Positions 28,459 to 38,110 of a stretch of DNA of 64,000 nucleotides are shown here, one piece after another; position 1 is the first letter of the stretch, and every line of letters starts with the position of its first letter. Under the pieces are notes generated by a model. That model was not told the origin of the DNA. It was given only the letters and a program-made list of their open reading frames with translations, and made no database searches. The translations under genes were made by a program, and so were the position numbers. Origin of the DNA: Candidatus Fraserbacteria bacterium (GTDB lineage Bacteria > Bipolaricaulota > Bipolaricaulia > RBG-16-55-9 > DRXL01); the NCBI GenBank assembly GCA_947085185.1, contig CAMTVK010000021.1, positions 1-64,000 of the forward strand, given 5' to 3'.

Positions 28459-31098
28459 ATGAACAAAAGATGGACAGCTTCCGAAGTGCGCCAGACGTTC
28501 TTGGAGTATTTCCGCAATAGAGGGCACACCATCGTGCCCAGCTCGTCCTTAGTCCCCGATGACCCGACGCTCTTGTTCACCAACGCCGGGATGGTGCAGT
28601 TTAAGAAAGCGTTCTTAGGAGTAGAGAAGCGTCCCTATACCCGCGCTGCCTCCTCACAAAAATGCATGCGCGTCTCCGGAAAGCACAACGACTTAGAAAA
28701 CGTCGGGCCATCCCCTCGACACCATACGTTTTTTGAAATGCTTGGCAATTTCTCATTTGGAGACTATTTCAAGCGCGAGGCGATCGCGTTCGCTTGGGAG
28801 TTGCTCACGGAAGTCTACGGCTTAGACAAAGAACGCTTTCACTTTACGATCTATAAGGACGACGAGGAGTCCTGTGCGCTCTGGCAGGAGATCGCCAAAG
28901 CTCCACACAAGCGCATTCACAGACTGGGCGAGAAGACAAATTTTTGGATGATGGGCGAGACCGGCCCCTGCGGTCCCAATACAGAACTGATCTGGGATCG
29001 CGGGAGGGAATTCTGCGATTGTAAGCGCCCAGATTGTTCCCCCAGCTTGGATAACGACTGCAATCGCTGGTTTGAGGTGTGGAATTTAGTATTTATGCAG
29101 TTCAATCGTGAGCCTGACGGTGCGACCGTCCCGTTGCCCAAACCGGGCGTGGACACAGGGATGGGCTTGGAGCGCATCGTTGCAGTCTTGCAGAATGTCC
29201 CAAGCACTTACGACACCGATCTCTTTGCTCCGATCTTTGAGGGACTGCGCGATTTGACAGGGCACTCCCGGCAGCAGATGCGCGAGGCGCTCGTGCCCTA
29301 TCGGGTCATCGCCGATCACGGGCGGGCGATGACGTTCTTAATTGCTGACGGCGTGCTTCCCAGCAACGAGAAACACGGCTATGTGCTGCGGATGATCATG
29401 CGTCGGGCTGTGCGATTTGGCAAGAAGCTTGGACTGCCCATGCCATTCTTGCCCAAGGTCGCCGAGCTGGTCATCGAGACAATGGGCGAGCACTACACAG
29501 AATTGAAAGCCCACAGAGCCGTGATTCTCAAAGCGGTCGCCCACGAAGAAGAGCGCTTCGAGCGCACCCTCGATCAGGGGCTTGAGCGTGCTGAGAAGAT
29601 CATCTCGGAACTGCAGCGCGCAGGTGAAAAGCTCATCCCTGGCCCAGAGGCGTTCTTCCTGCATGACACCTACGGGTTCCCAGTAGAGATGCTGGAAGAC
29701 ATTGCGCGCGAGCATGGGATACACGTAGACCGCGCGGGCTTTGCGCGCGAGATGGAGAAGCAGCGCGAAAGATCAAGAAGAGAGCTCGCTGGGAAGTCTT
29801 CAGAAACTCCCGAAGCGCTTTCCGTATCTCTTCCCCCCACACGGTTTATTGGGTATCAGCAGCTTGAGCAGGAGTCAGAACTGATTCAAGCTGGGGAAGA
29901 GCTTTTTGTCTTTGTCGAGACGCCCTTTTACGCTGAAGCCGGCGGCCAAGTCGCCGATACGGGCTGGATCGAAAATCTCTCGCGCCACGGCAGAGCCAGA
30001 GTTTTAGACGTTCAGAAAGACGAGCACGGCGTCTACCTCCATCGCGTGCAGATTACTGAGGGGAAGTTTCGTCAGGGAGATCGGTGCTTGCTCAAGGTCG
30101 ACGCAGCACGCCGAGAACGCATTATGAGAAATCACACAGCGACGCATATTCTGCACGCCGCGCTCCGGAGGGTCTTGGGGTACTCCCAGGGGATCCAAGC
30201 GGGGTCGCTCGTGGCACCCGATGAGCTGCGCTTCGATTTTAAGCATCTTGCTCCATTAACAGAAGAAGAGATCACCAAGATCGAAGAGCTCGCCAACCGT
30301 GTGATTCTCACAGATCTCCCGGTGACGATCACAGAAGAGCCCATAGAGAGCGCGAAGGCTCGCGGCGCCATGGCGCTCTTCCCCGAAGACTACGCGGGCA
30401 AAGAGCGCGTGCGTGTCGTGACGATTGACAGGCTGCCCGGTGAAGAAAGCCCCTTCAGTGTGGAGCTCTGTGGCGGCACGCACGTCCGGCATGCGGGCCA
30501 GATCGGGCTGTTTAAGATCATACGCGAGCAGGGCATCGCGGCTGGGGTCCGACGGGTGCACGTGGCCGTGGGCGAGAATCTCTTAGAGTATCTCAAAGAG
30601 CGCGAGAGTATAGAACATCAGCTCGCCCAGAGGCTCAAGACTTCCGAGAAGGAGATTTTGGGCAAGCTCGAAGCGCTGTTGGCCGAGCACGATGCTCTCT
30701 TACGCGAGCGCGAGGCCCTCAAGCGCCACGTGCTCCTTGGCGAAAGAGACAGAATCTTGCAACGCCGCCAAAAGATCAATCACGCTTCGCTTGTGTGCGC
30801 GCGGCTCGATCTACCAATAGAAGACTTAAAGACGCTCTCGGACTTCATCGAACCGGAGATCGCCCCAGGGGTGGCGTTGCTTGGCGGGGTCTCCCATGGG
30901 AGGGTCTCGCTCGTCTGCAAGGTGAGCGAGGCGCTGACAAAGCAGCTTCACGCGGGGCAGATTATAAAAGCCCTCACCCCCTTGATCCGCGGTGGTGGCG
31001 GGGGAAACGCGCGCTTTGCTCAGGGTGGTGGCTCCAATCCCCAAGGATTAGACGAGGCCCTCCGGTGCGGCGAGGCAGAGATCCGTAAGAGACTCTGA
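28459..31098 (+). CDS. alaS: Alanine--tRNA ligase
   Basis: DPTLLFTNAGM, HHTFFEMLGNFSFGDYFK, DTGMGLER, NHTATH, ELCGGTHV motifs. Confidence 0.98.
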   Translation: MNKRWTASEVRQTFLEYFRNRGHTIVPSSSLVPDDPTLLFTNAGMVQFKKAFLGVEKRPYTRAASSQKCMRVSGKHNDLENVGPSPRHHTFFEMLGNFSFGDYFKREAIAFAWELLTEVYGLDKERFHFTIYKDDEESCALWQEIAKAPHKRIHRLGEKTNFWMMGETGPCGPNTELIWDRGREFCDCKRPDCSPSLDNDCNRWFEVWNLVFMQFNREPDGATVPLPKPGVDTGMGLERIVAVLQNVPSTYDTDLFAPIFEGLRDLTGHSRQQMREALVPYRVIADHGRAMTFLIADGVLPSNEKHGYVLRMIMRRAVRFGKKLGLPMPFLPKVAELVIETMGEHYTELKAHRAVILKAVAHEEERFERTLDQGLERAEKIISELQRAGEKLIPGPEAFFLHDTYGFPVEMLEDIAREHGIHVDRAGFAREMEKQRERSRRELAGKSSETPEALSVSLPPTRFIGYQQLEQESELIQAGEELFVFVETPFYAEAGGQVADTGWIENLSRHGRARVLDVQKDEHGVYLHRVQITEGKFRQGDRCLLKVDAARRERIMRNHTATHILHAALRRVLGYSQGIQAGSLVAPDELRFDFKHLAPLTEEEITKIEELANRVILTDLPVTITEEPIESAKARGAMALFPEDYAGKERVRVVTIDRLPGEESPFSVELCGGTHVRHAGQIGLFKIIREQGIAAGVRRVHVAVGENLLEYLKERESIEHQLAQRLKTSEKEILGKLEALLAEHDALLREREALKRHVLLGERDRILQRRQKINHASLVCARLDLPIEDLKTLSDFIEPEIAPGVALLGGVSHGRVSLVCKVSEALTKQLHAGQIIKALTPLIRGGGGGNARFAQGGGSNPQGLDEALRCGEAEIRKRL

Positions 31099-31099
31099 A

Positions 31100-31222
31100 T
31101 TACTCGTCGTCTTCGTCCTCGTCGTCTTCGTCCCAGTCGTCGTCCCAGTCGTCTTCGTCCTCGTCGTCCTCATCCCAGGGTTTCTTCTTGAACTCGATGT
31201 CATCGTCCCACCATGTAGTCAT
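31100..31222 (-). CDS. 40-aa highly acidic microprotein
   Basis: AAGGAG RBS, then MTTWWDDDIEFKKKPWDEDDEDEDDWDDDWDEDDEDEDDE*; below the ORF-track cutoff. Confidence 0.7.
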   Translation of the reverse strand: MTTWWDDDIEFKKKPWDEDDEDEDDWDDDWDEDDEDEDDE

Positions 31223-31278
31223 CGCCGATCACTCCTTCGCTATGGTGTGCCAGAGTTTAAAAAACTTTGGGGAAAAAT

Positions 31279-31716
31279 TCAAGGGGAGTTTTCTGGGGGT
31301 GGTTTGTGGGTGCGCCGGTGCTTGTGGAACGCTGGGAGGGCATGGGGGTCTTCGTGCAGGAAGCTCACCAAGTCGCGCAAACACTCCAGCGTGCGCGGGC
31401 TCAGATGATGCTCGATGCCCTCGACATCTTTTTGGATCGTCGCTTCGTCCACACCCAAGATCTTAAGAAACTCTTCGAGCTGGCGATGGCGGTTTTTCAC
31501 GGACTTCGCAATGGCCTCGCCTTGAGGAGTGAGCACGATCCCTCGATACTTCTCGTACTTTACCAAGTGCTCGCTGTCGAGACGTTGCAACATCTTCGTG
31601 ACCGATGACGACCGCACCTTGAGCGACGAAGCGATGTCAATGACGCGGGCATAGCCTTTCTGTTGGATAAGCTCATAGATGCGCTCAAGATAGTCTTCGG
31701 CACTGGGTGTGGGCAT
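31279..31716 (-). CDS. mntR: MntR/DtxR-family metal-dependent regulator
   Basis: TPSAEDYLERIY...GYARV.DIA..L.V..SSVTKM, DVEGIEHHLS motifs. Confidence 0.9.
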   Translation of the reverse strand: MPTPSAEDYLERIYELIQQKGYARVIDIASSLKVRSSSVTKMLQRLDSEHLVKYEKYRGIVLTPQGEAIAKSVKNRHRQLEEFLKILGVDEATIQKDVEGIEHHLSPRTLECLRDLVSFLHEDPHALPAFHKHRRTHKPPPENSP

Positions 31717-31719
31717 AGG

Positions 31720-32169
31720 CTAGCGGCCGATGACAATAAAGCGTCCTCTCATTGTGGTGGGGTTGAGCGGGTCATAGTACGTAAATTCTCCGACCCGCGC
31801 CGCGACGAACTCCACAGTAGCTGATTGGTTGGGACGCAGATACTGCGCGAGGCTGACATCATGGTTGCTGATCTTAAAATCGTGCAGGATCAACTGGTCT
31901 TCTTTGTTTTTTAGAGTGATCTTCACCCGATCACCCACTTGCACGACGATATCCGGGTTTTCCGCCCCAGCAATGGCCAAGGGACTCTCCCCAATGAAGC
32001 GCATATTATTTATAATGAGCGAGAACTCTCGCGCCGCCCCTGGAGGAAGAGGTTCCGAGGGATTGCAGCCCACAAGCACTATTCCTACACCAATGATCCC
32101 AAACACCAGCTGAACCCATCGAGAGCACGATTTCATTCGCAGTGTATCATCCCTTTTAAGTATGCTCAT
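31720..32169 (-). CDS. Cupredoxin-fold lipoprotein
   Basis: LVGC lipobox; V.VGDRVKITL.N, HDF.I, GEFTYY...M.G; the canonical Cu-ligand Cys appears replaced (YYD). Confidence 0.7.
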   Translation of the reverse strand: MSILKRDDTLRMKSCSRWVQLVFGIIGVGIVLVGCNPSEPLPPGAAREFSLIINNMRFIGESPLAIAGAENPDIVVQVGDRVKITLKNKEDQLILHDFKISNHDVSLAQYLRPNQSATVEFVAARVGEFTYYDPLNPTTMRGRFIVIGR

Positions 32170-32335
32170 CCTTTACACGAAGACAGTATAACAAACCCGA
32201 CTCTCTAAGGCAAATACCAGCAGATGGCTAAGGATTGTCAGTAGTTGCACCGGCTCGGCGCTTTTTCGTATAATGAGCGCAATCTCGTTCTGGAATCACA
32301 CGCATTGCCAAGACAAGGGGGTAGAGTAAGCAGGT

Positions 32336-34456
32336 ATGGATTTCGTTTACGCGTCGGGGATCGTTGCGGTGCTCACGCTCGGTTATGTGGGCTATTTAAT
32401 CATCCGGCTGAGGGGCTTTGATGAGGGCGAGGAGAGAATTCGTCAGCTTGCTTCGTATATTCGCGAGGGCGCCGAGGCCTTCCTAAGGCGCCAGTACTTG
32501 GTAGTGGCGATCTTCCTCCTCGCTCTTTTTGTCGTCCTGGTGCTGATGAGCCTGGGCGGACTGCTCAGCCCTTGGGCACCGTGGGCGTTTCTCACAGCTG
32601 GGGCGTTCTCCGGCTTGGCGGGGTATTTGGGGATGAAGATCGCTACGGCCAGCAACGGGCGCACGACGACTGCGGCCAAACAGAGCCTCAATGGAGCCTT
32701 GCGCGTCGCGTTCGAAGCCGGCAGCGTCATGGGATTTTCTGTCGTCGGGTTGGGATTGTTCTATATCACGCTCTGGTTCATCATTCTTCATAGTGCGGGG
32801 GTAGAGCTGCGGGAGATCGCCCAGGTGCTCCTGACGTCGGCGATGGGAGCCAGCTCCGTGGCGCTCTTTGCTCGTGTGGGTGGGGGCATCTTCACCAAGA
32901 GTGCGGACGTAGGTGCGGATCTCTCCGGCAAAGTCGAAGCGGGAATCCCCGAAGATGACCCGCGCAACCCCGCGGTGATCGCGGACCAAGTCGGCGATAA
33001 CGTCGGGGACGTCGCGGGCATGGGCGCCGACTTATATGAATCGTATGTCGGGGCGATCGTCGCGGCGGTAGCGTTGGGCGTCTCGGCGTTTGTTGGAACC
33101 CCCAAGGTCTATCAAAGCATTGCGTATCCTATGCTCATTGCCGCGGTGGGCATTATCTGTTCTGTCTTTGGCAGTTTCTTGGTGCAAGCCCGCGAGGACG
33201 CTTCCCAGGGCGAGCTCTTAAAAGCCCTGCGCCGCGGCGTCTACACCAGTTCGGCTTTGATCGCGATCTTTGGGTTTCTTGTGACTGTCCTGCTCTTTGG
33301 TCTGAGTTACTGGGGCTTGTACGTGGCGCTGCTGTTGGGATTGCTGACTGGGATCGTCATTGGGTTTTCTGCAGAGTTTTACACGTCGTCTCAGTACAAG
33401 CCGACCCAGCTCATCTCTGCTACGGCACAGACCGGCCCGGCTACCGTGATGATCAGCGGGTTAGCGACGGGGATGCGTTCTACGGCGATCCCCGTCATAG
33501 CGGTCGTCTTGGCGATTGTGCTCGGGTACTGGGCGGCGACGACCGCGGGCGGGGTGGCTTTTGGGCTCTATGGGATCGGCATGGCCGCGGTGGGGATGCT
33601 CTCGACGCTGGGGATTACGCTCGCCAGCGACGCCTACGGCCCGGTGGCAGACAACGCCGGGGGTATCGCTGAGATGTCGCATCAGAAGCCAGAAGTACGC
33701 AAGCGCACCGATGCGCTCGACGCCCTGGGCAACACCAACGCTGCTGTAGGGAAGGGCTTTGCCATCGGTTCGGCTGCCCTGACAGCCCTAGCGCTGATCA
33801 ACAACTATCACGACCAAATCTCGGCTATTCTTCGCGAGACCGGCGGGTCGCTGTCGACGCTGATCAGCAAGCGCCCTGTGCAAGCTCAATTCGATCTGAC
33901 CGATCCGTATGTTCTGTTAGGGCTGTTCATCGGGGGAATGCTCCCCTTCTTGTTCTGTGCTTTGACGATGAGCTCCGTCGGTCGGGCTGCCGGAGCAATC
34001 GTCGAAGAAGTGCGACGACAGTTCAGAGAGATCTCCGGGCTGTTGGAGGGCAAGGCCAAGGCAGACTACTCCAAAGCCGTCGAGATCGCGACAAAGACGG
34101 CCCATCGTGAGATGATCCTGCCGGCCCTCTTGGCGATCATCTCTCCCATTGTTGTGGGAATCTTGTTTGGAGTTGCTGCCGTGATGGGCGTCTTGGTTGG
34201 GGCATTGGTCTCTGGGTTTGTGCTGGCGTTGCTCATGGCCAATGCCGGCGGGGCGTGGGATAACGCCAAAAAATTCATAGAAGAGGGCCAATACGGGGGC
34301 AAGGGCTCCCCAGCCCATAAAGCGTCCGTCGTCGGCGACACCGTGGGCGATCCGTTCAAGGACACTTCCGGACCGTCGCTCAATATTCTGATTAAGCTCA
34401 TGTCTATGGTGGCGCTGGTCTTCGTCGGGTTTATTATCAGATTTACGCTCTTTTGA
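32336..34456 (+). CDS. hppA: Membrane-integral ion-translocating pyrophosphatase (K+-dependent type)
   Basis: GGGIFTKSADVGADLSGKVE, EDDPRN, DNVGD, GADLYESY, DNAGG, GNTNAA, GGAWDNAKK, GDTVGDPFKDTSGP motifs. Confidence 0.96.
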   Translation: MDFVYASGIVAVLTLGYVGYLIIRLRGFDEGEERIRQLASYIREGAEAFLRRQYLVVAIFLLALFVVLVLMSLGGLLSPWAPWAFLTAGAFSGLAGYLGMKIATASNGRTTTAAKQSLNGALRVAFEAGSVMGFSVVGLGLFYITLWFIILHSAGVELREIAQVLLTSAMGASSVALFARVGGGIFTKSADVGADLSGKVEAGIPEDDPRNPAVIADQVGDNVGDVAGMGADLYESYVGAIVAAVALGVSAFVGTPKVYQSIAYPMLIAAVGIICSVFGSFLVQAREDASQGELLKALRRGVYTSSALIAIFGFLVTVLLFGLSYWGLYVALLLGLLTGIVIGFSAEFYTSSQYKPTQLISATAQTGPATVMISGLATGMRSTAIPVIAVVLAIVLGYWAATTAGGVAFGLYGIGMAAVGMLSTLGITLASDAYGPVADNAGGIAEMSHQKPEVRKRTDALDALGNTNAAVGKGFAIGSAALTALALINNYHDQISAILRETGGSLSTLISKRPVQAQFDLTDPYVLLGLFIGGMLPFLFCALTMSSVGRAAGAIVEEVRRQFREISGLLEGKAKADYSKAVEIATKTAHREMILPALLAIISPIVVGILFGVAAVMGVLVGALVSGFVLALLMANAGGAWDNAKKFIEEGQYGGKGSPAHKASVVGDTVGDPFKDTSGPSLNILIKLMSMVALVFVGFIIRFTLF

Positions 34457-34493
34457 GCACTTGCGAGGATGCAGCGTCATAGATATAGTGTAG

Positions 34494-34519
34494 GTGGGCC
34501 CAACGGCCGTTGGGCCCAC
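34494..34519. repeat. Perfect 26-bp palindrome
   Basis: GTGGGCCCAACGGCCGTTGGGCCCAC equals its own reverse complement. Confidence 0.9.
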
Positions 34520-34523
34520 TCTT

Positions 34524-35183
34524 ATGGAGCACTATTATCTTGAGCGAGACGGCCAGGTCTTTCTCATGAAAGAGGGCGGACGACTGCGATTCCCTACGTC
34601 GCGCTCAGAGATTCCCTGCTCGTTCGAGCTCGTACACACTATGCTCCTCCAAGGCGAAAGGGTACATTACTGTAAGCCCCATCTGGACGTACATCCTCAG
34701 GATTGGTGGCACAAAGACGAGATCCCCGCTCTCGATGAGGCGCTTCCCATTGTCAGGCTCGCTGTCAGTGCCAGTCTGCCGCGCCTGACGGCAAAGACGA
34801 TCATACTGAAAGAGGGCAAACTCTTGATGGTGAAGCCCAAGCGCGGCTACAACGCGGGCCAGTGGGCGCTGCCTGGGGGATTCGTCAACTATGGAGAGAC
34901 TCCTGAGGAGGCAGCCGCGCGAGAGACCGCTGAAGAGACCGGGGTTCCGTGTCGCATCATAAAATTTCTTGGCACCGAATCGCGCCTGGGGCGGACGACC
35001 AGCTATCACTGGCACACGTTCTTCTACCAAGCCCAGCTCGAACACGAACGGTTTCAGCCGGCCTCCGATGAGATCGAAACGGTCGCTTGGATCGAGATCG
35101 AAGCTGCCCTCTCCTCGGTAAGCTTCTACGAAAAGCTCCCAGAGAAGCTCCGTCAGCTGTCCCGCCTCCCCCAAAATATATAG
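34524..35183 (+). CDS. NUDIX hydrolase
   Basis: LPGGFVNYGETPEEAAARETAEETG Nudix box. Confidence 0.9.
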   Translation: MEHYYLERDGQVFLMKEGGRLRFPTSRSEIPCSFELVHTMLLQGERVHYCKPHLDVHPQDWWHKDEIPALDEALPIVRLAVSASLPRLTAKTIILKEGKLLMVKPKRGYNAGQWALPGGFVNYGETPEEAAARETAEETGVPCRIIKFLGTESRLGRTTSYHWHTFFYQAQLEHERFQPASDEIETVAWIEIEAALSSVSFYEKLPEKLRQLSRLPQNI

Positions 35184-35227
35184 AAATCGCTATAGATTCT
35201 ACTATTTGGACAAGTTCCAGGGGGGAC

Positions 35228-35256
35228 TTGACAAGCTGGTAGAAAAAGTGTATAAT
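35228..35256 (+). promoter_or_regulatory. Consensus sigma70 promoter
   Basis: TTGACA (35228-35233), 17 nt spacer, TATAAT (35251-35256). Confidence 0.85.
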
Positions 35257-35326
35257 TCGACTATGGGTAGAATAACACAATGGATATAATTCTACTTGGC
35301 AGCCAAAGCAACATTGGTGAAGGACT

Positions 35327-35680
35327 ATGATGGACAAGAACCCAGAAGCCTATAAGACGATCAAAGTGCCGGCCTGGGTGTATATCAACGCCAAGGAGGC
35401 GGAGTTGGCGCTGATGCGCAAGGGGGTGAGTCGCCTCCCGGACTCGGTCTTGCAGCCGACCCGATGCCCTATATGCAAGTCCCCTCTGAACCTGCGCAAG
35501 ATGGACGACACAGAGAAGACCTATCTCCAATGCCCCAACTGTGGCTATACTCAACCGAAGTTTGAAGGGAGCATGGAGGGGGTGGCCCTGGGCACGGCTA
35601 TCGGCATGGGGTTGGTTCATCTCTTAAACACACTCTTTAGCAATGGTCAACAGGCGAAACCAGAAGTGGGGACCGGGTAG
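35327..35680 (+). CDS. Hypothetical protein with zinc ribbon and C-terminal hydrophobic helix
   Basis: CPIC...CPNC motifs; GVALGTAIGMGLVHLL; AAGGA RBS. Confidence 0.75.
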   Translation: MMDKNPEAYKTIKVPAWVYINAKEAELALMRKGVSRLPDSVLQPTRCPICKSPLNLRKMDDTEKTYLQCPNCGYTQPKFEGSMEGVALGTAIGMGLVHLLNTLFSNGQQAKPEVGTG

Positions 35681-35753
35681 CCCTCCTTAGGGTGGTGAGA
35701 GGAATGGGGGACTTTATCGCTGAGGAAGGCTGACCCGGTCCCCCTTCTTCTGG
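35660..35753. other. Long imperfect stem-loop between convergent genes
   Basis: CCAGAAG-TGGGGACCGGG-TAGCC-CTCCTTAG pairs with CTGAGGAA-GGCT-GACCCGGTCCCC-CTTCTTCTGG. Confidence 0.7.
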
Positions 35754-35791
35754 CTTCTAAAATTATATCACAGGGACACAGGACTTCCAAG

Positions 35792-37249
35792 TCAAGGGCG
35801 CGTGCTCCTTCCCATAGAATCTACAAACTCTCTCAGTAAGCGTTGGGCAGCCGCGAGGGCTTCCTCGCGGGTCGTGATCTTTCCTGCAAAAATTTGTTCA
35901 TAGACGTTCTCTAAGATCGCTTTGATGGGAGGGCCAGGGGCCAGCCCCATCGCGATCAAGTCATGGCCGTCAATAAGTTTCCGGGCGCGTTCGCGCTCCG
36001 AGAGCTCTTTCAAGCGCAGCAGCAATGGGGGCAGCGCTTGCACCACCGGGAGCCACCCTGACGATTTGTGCGCGCTCGCTTCGCAATCGCAGACCATCAG
36101 CGCAAAGAGCTTGGCAAAATACGAGAAGCGCTCAGCGGGACGCTCAAAAGATACGTCTGGGTTCTCGTGCGTTTTGAGCAGCGTCGCGCGCTTGCCGGGG
36201 CTCATCTCCGAAAATTTCCCGATGCGCAGATGCTCGCGCACCAGAAATTTTATCAACCTGATCTCGTCGGTACTGAAGCGCAGCCGACGACAGATTCTTT
36301 CTGCCATGCGCTCGCCGATTCTCTCATGGCCGCCTGCGTGCTCGCCGTTGTTCTTCTGGAGAGCTAGGGGCTTGCCCACATCGTGGAGGATCAGCGCGAA
36401 TTTCACGAGCGGATCGCGCAGTATCCTATCAGCGCATTGGAGCGCTAGCAGCGTATGGGTATAGACATCGCCCTCGGGATGATACTTCTCTGGCTGGGAT
36501 ACACCCTGGCACTGCACGAGCTCCGGCAGGATGAGCTCTAAGATCCCGTGTTCGTCCAGAAGCTGCACCCCGCGCGCAGCGCGACGGGTCTTGAGGATTC
36601 GCAAAAGCTCATCGCGGATGCGCTCCGCAGAAATCTGTTTTAGTCCTTCACGATGGCGTCGTATGGCTGCGCTTACCTCGGGGCAGATCGTCCCATCGAG
36701 ATCGCAGGCGAGGCGGATCGCTCGCAAGATTCTCAGGTAATCTTCGGAGAAGCGCTTGGCAGGGGCGCCGATAGTGCGGATGCGTTTTGCTTGGAGATCG
36801 GCGATCCCGCCGACACGATCAATGACTTCGCCTGAGAGCGTCGCGGCAAGGCCATTGACGGTCAGATCGCGGCGCTGGAGGTCTTCGTCGAGGGTGCGCA
36901 CGAGTTCTACTTTCGTGGGCCAACGCCCGTCGTACTCGCCCTCGGTGCGGAACGTCGCGACTTCATAAGGGCGGCCATCGGGAGAGACAACCAACAGAAC
37001 GCCGAAGGCTTCTCCCACTTCGAAGATAGTATATTCTTTGAAGAGCGCTTTGATCTCGTCGGGGCGGGCCGCCGTGGCGATATCAACTTCTTCAGGGACG
37101 AACTCATAGTCAGGGTCGTACTGAGCGCGCAGGGCATCGCGTACGATCCCGCCGACCATGACGGTCTCAAAGCCTGCTGCGGTCAAGCGCTCTATGATCG
37201 TACGGGCGAAGGGATGAGCCCGAAAGATCTCTTCAGTATCAATAGTCAT
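35792..37249 (-). CDS. cca: CCA tRNA nucleotidyltransferase with HD domain
   Basis: VGGIVRD, EVDIAT, EVATFR, DL.RRDLTVN, EDYLRILRA.R, ERI.DEL, HPEGDV..H, LHDVGK motifs. Confidence 0.92.
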   Translation of the reverse strand: MTIDTEEIFRAHPFARTIIERLTAAGFETVMVGGIVRDALRAQYDPDYEFVPEEVDIATAARPDEIKALFKEYTIFEVGEAFGVLLVVSPDGRPYEVATFRTEGEYDGRWPTKVELVRTLDEDLQRRDLTVNGLAATLSGEVIDRVGGIADLQAKRIRTIGAPAKRFSEDYLRILRAIRLACDLDGTICPEVSAAIRRHREGLKQISAERIRDELLRILKTRRAARGVQLLDEHGILELILPELVQCQGVSQPEKYHPEGDVYTHTLLALQCADRILRDPLVKFALILHDVGKPLALQKNNGEHAGGHERIGERMAERICRRLRFSTDEIRLIKFLVREHLRIGKFSEMSPGKRATLLKTHENPDVSFERPAERFSYFAKLFALMVCDCEASAHKSSGWLPVVQALPPLLLRLKELSERERARKLIDGHDLIAMGLAPGPPIKAILENVYEQIFAGKITTREEALAAAQRLLREFVDSMGRSTRP

Positions 37250-38037
37250 GGTCGCTGAATCTGAATGGGCTCGCCGGGGCGGGCGCGCAGGCGCTGGGCC
37301 GCGCTGTTGAGATACGCGGCGATCTCGACTTGGCCGTGGCTGCCCACCGTGACCACAAGATCGTTGGGTTCCGCCTCGCCATAGGTCTCCACACAGCGAG
37401 CTGATACAGATTTGCGCGAGGCTTCGATGACCACAGGTGTCCCTGGTTGAGCGAGGGCGTATAAGAGTTCGCCGGAGATATTCGTGATGACGTTCCCGAA
37501 CGAGTCAATGTAGATGACCTCTCCTTCAAGGACGCGTCCGCGGCGGACGCCCTCCCCAAACGAGAGCTTTATATAGTCATGGATCTGAGGCCCAAGCTCC
37601 TGAGGAGAAAGCCCCATGGCCAAGTGGGCTGCGACCGGTGCAAAGATATCGCGCCCATGAAACGTCCGCGAGACCGGGGCGTGAAAGTATCGTGCGTTCT
37701 CGATCGAGTATACCGTAAACGCTCCCAAGCGCTGGGCTGCGGGGATCAAGAGCCCGTTGTCCGGCCCGATAAAGAGCTGTCCTCCTGAGGAGATCACTAT
37801 GGCCCGGCGTGCCGTGCCCACGCCGGGGTCAACTACGGCGCAGTGTACGGTCTTCTCTGGAAAGTAGGGCGCGACCATCCAGAGTAAAAACGCCCCTCCC
37901 CGGATGTGATGGCGCTCGACGTCATGGCTGATATCTAGAATATGAGCTGTGGGGCAGGTCTTGATGATGACGCCCTTCATCGCGGCGGGGTATCCCGACG
38001 CTGAGCCAAAATCGCTGAGCAAGGTGATGAGAGCCAT
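37246..38037 (-). CDS. SAM hydroxide adenosyltransferase (chlorinase/fluorinase family, DUF62)
   Basis: ITLLSDFG, VVDPGVGT.R, GPDNG, TFHGRDIFAPVAA, ID.FGN motifs. Confidence 0.92.
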   Translation of the reverse strand: MALITLLSDFGSASGYPAAMKGVIIKTCPTAHILDISHDVERHHIRGGAFLLWMVAPYFPEKTVHCAVVDPGVGTARRAIVISSGGQLFIGPDNGLLIPAAQRLGAFTVYSIENARYFHAPVSRTFHGRDIFAPVAAHLAMGLSPQELGPQIHDYIKLSFGEGVRRGRVLEGEVIYIDSFGNVITNISGELLYALAQPGTPVVIEASRKSVSARCVETYGEAEPNDLVVTVGSHGQVEIAAYLNSAAQRLRARPGEPIQIQRP

Positions 38038-38110
38038 ATAAATCATTGTAGAAACGTTTGTTTGCTCGTGCAAGCGTTGATGCGGGAGATCCCGTGTGGG
38101 ATTACAGAGG

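Noticed and set aside
31100..31175. GTC/TCG microsatellite
   Set aside because: Explained as Asp/Glu codons of a small minus-strand ORF with an RBS.
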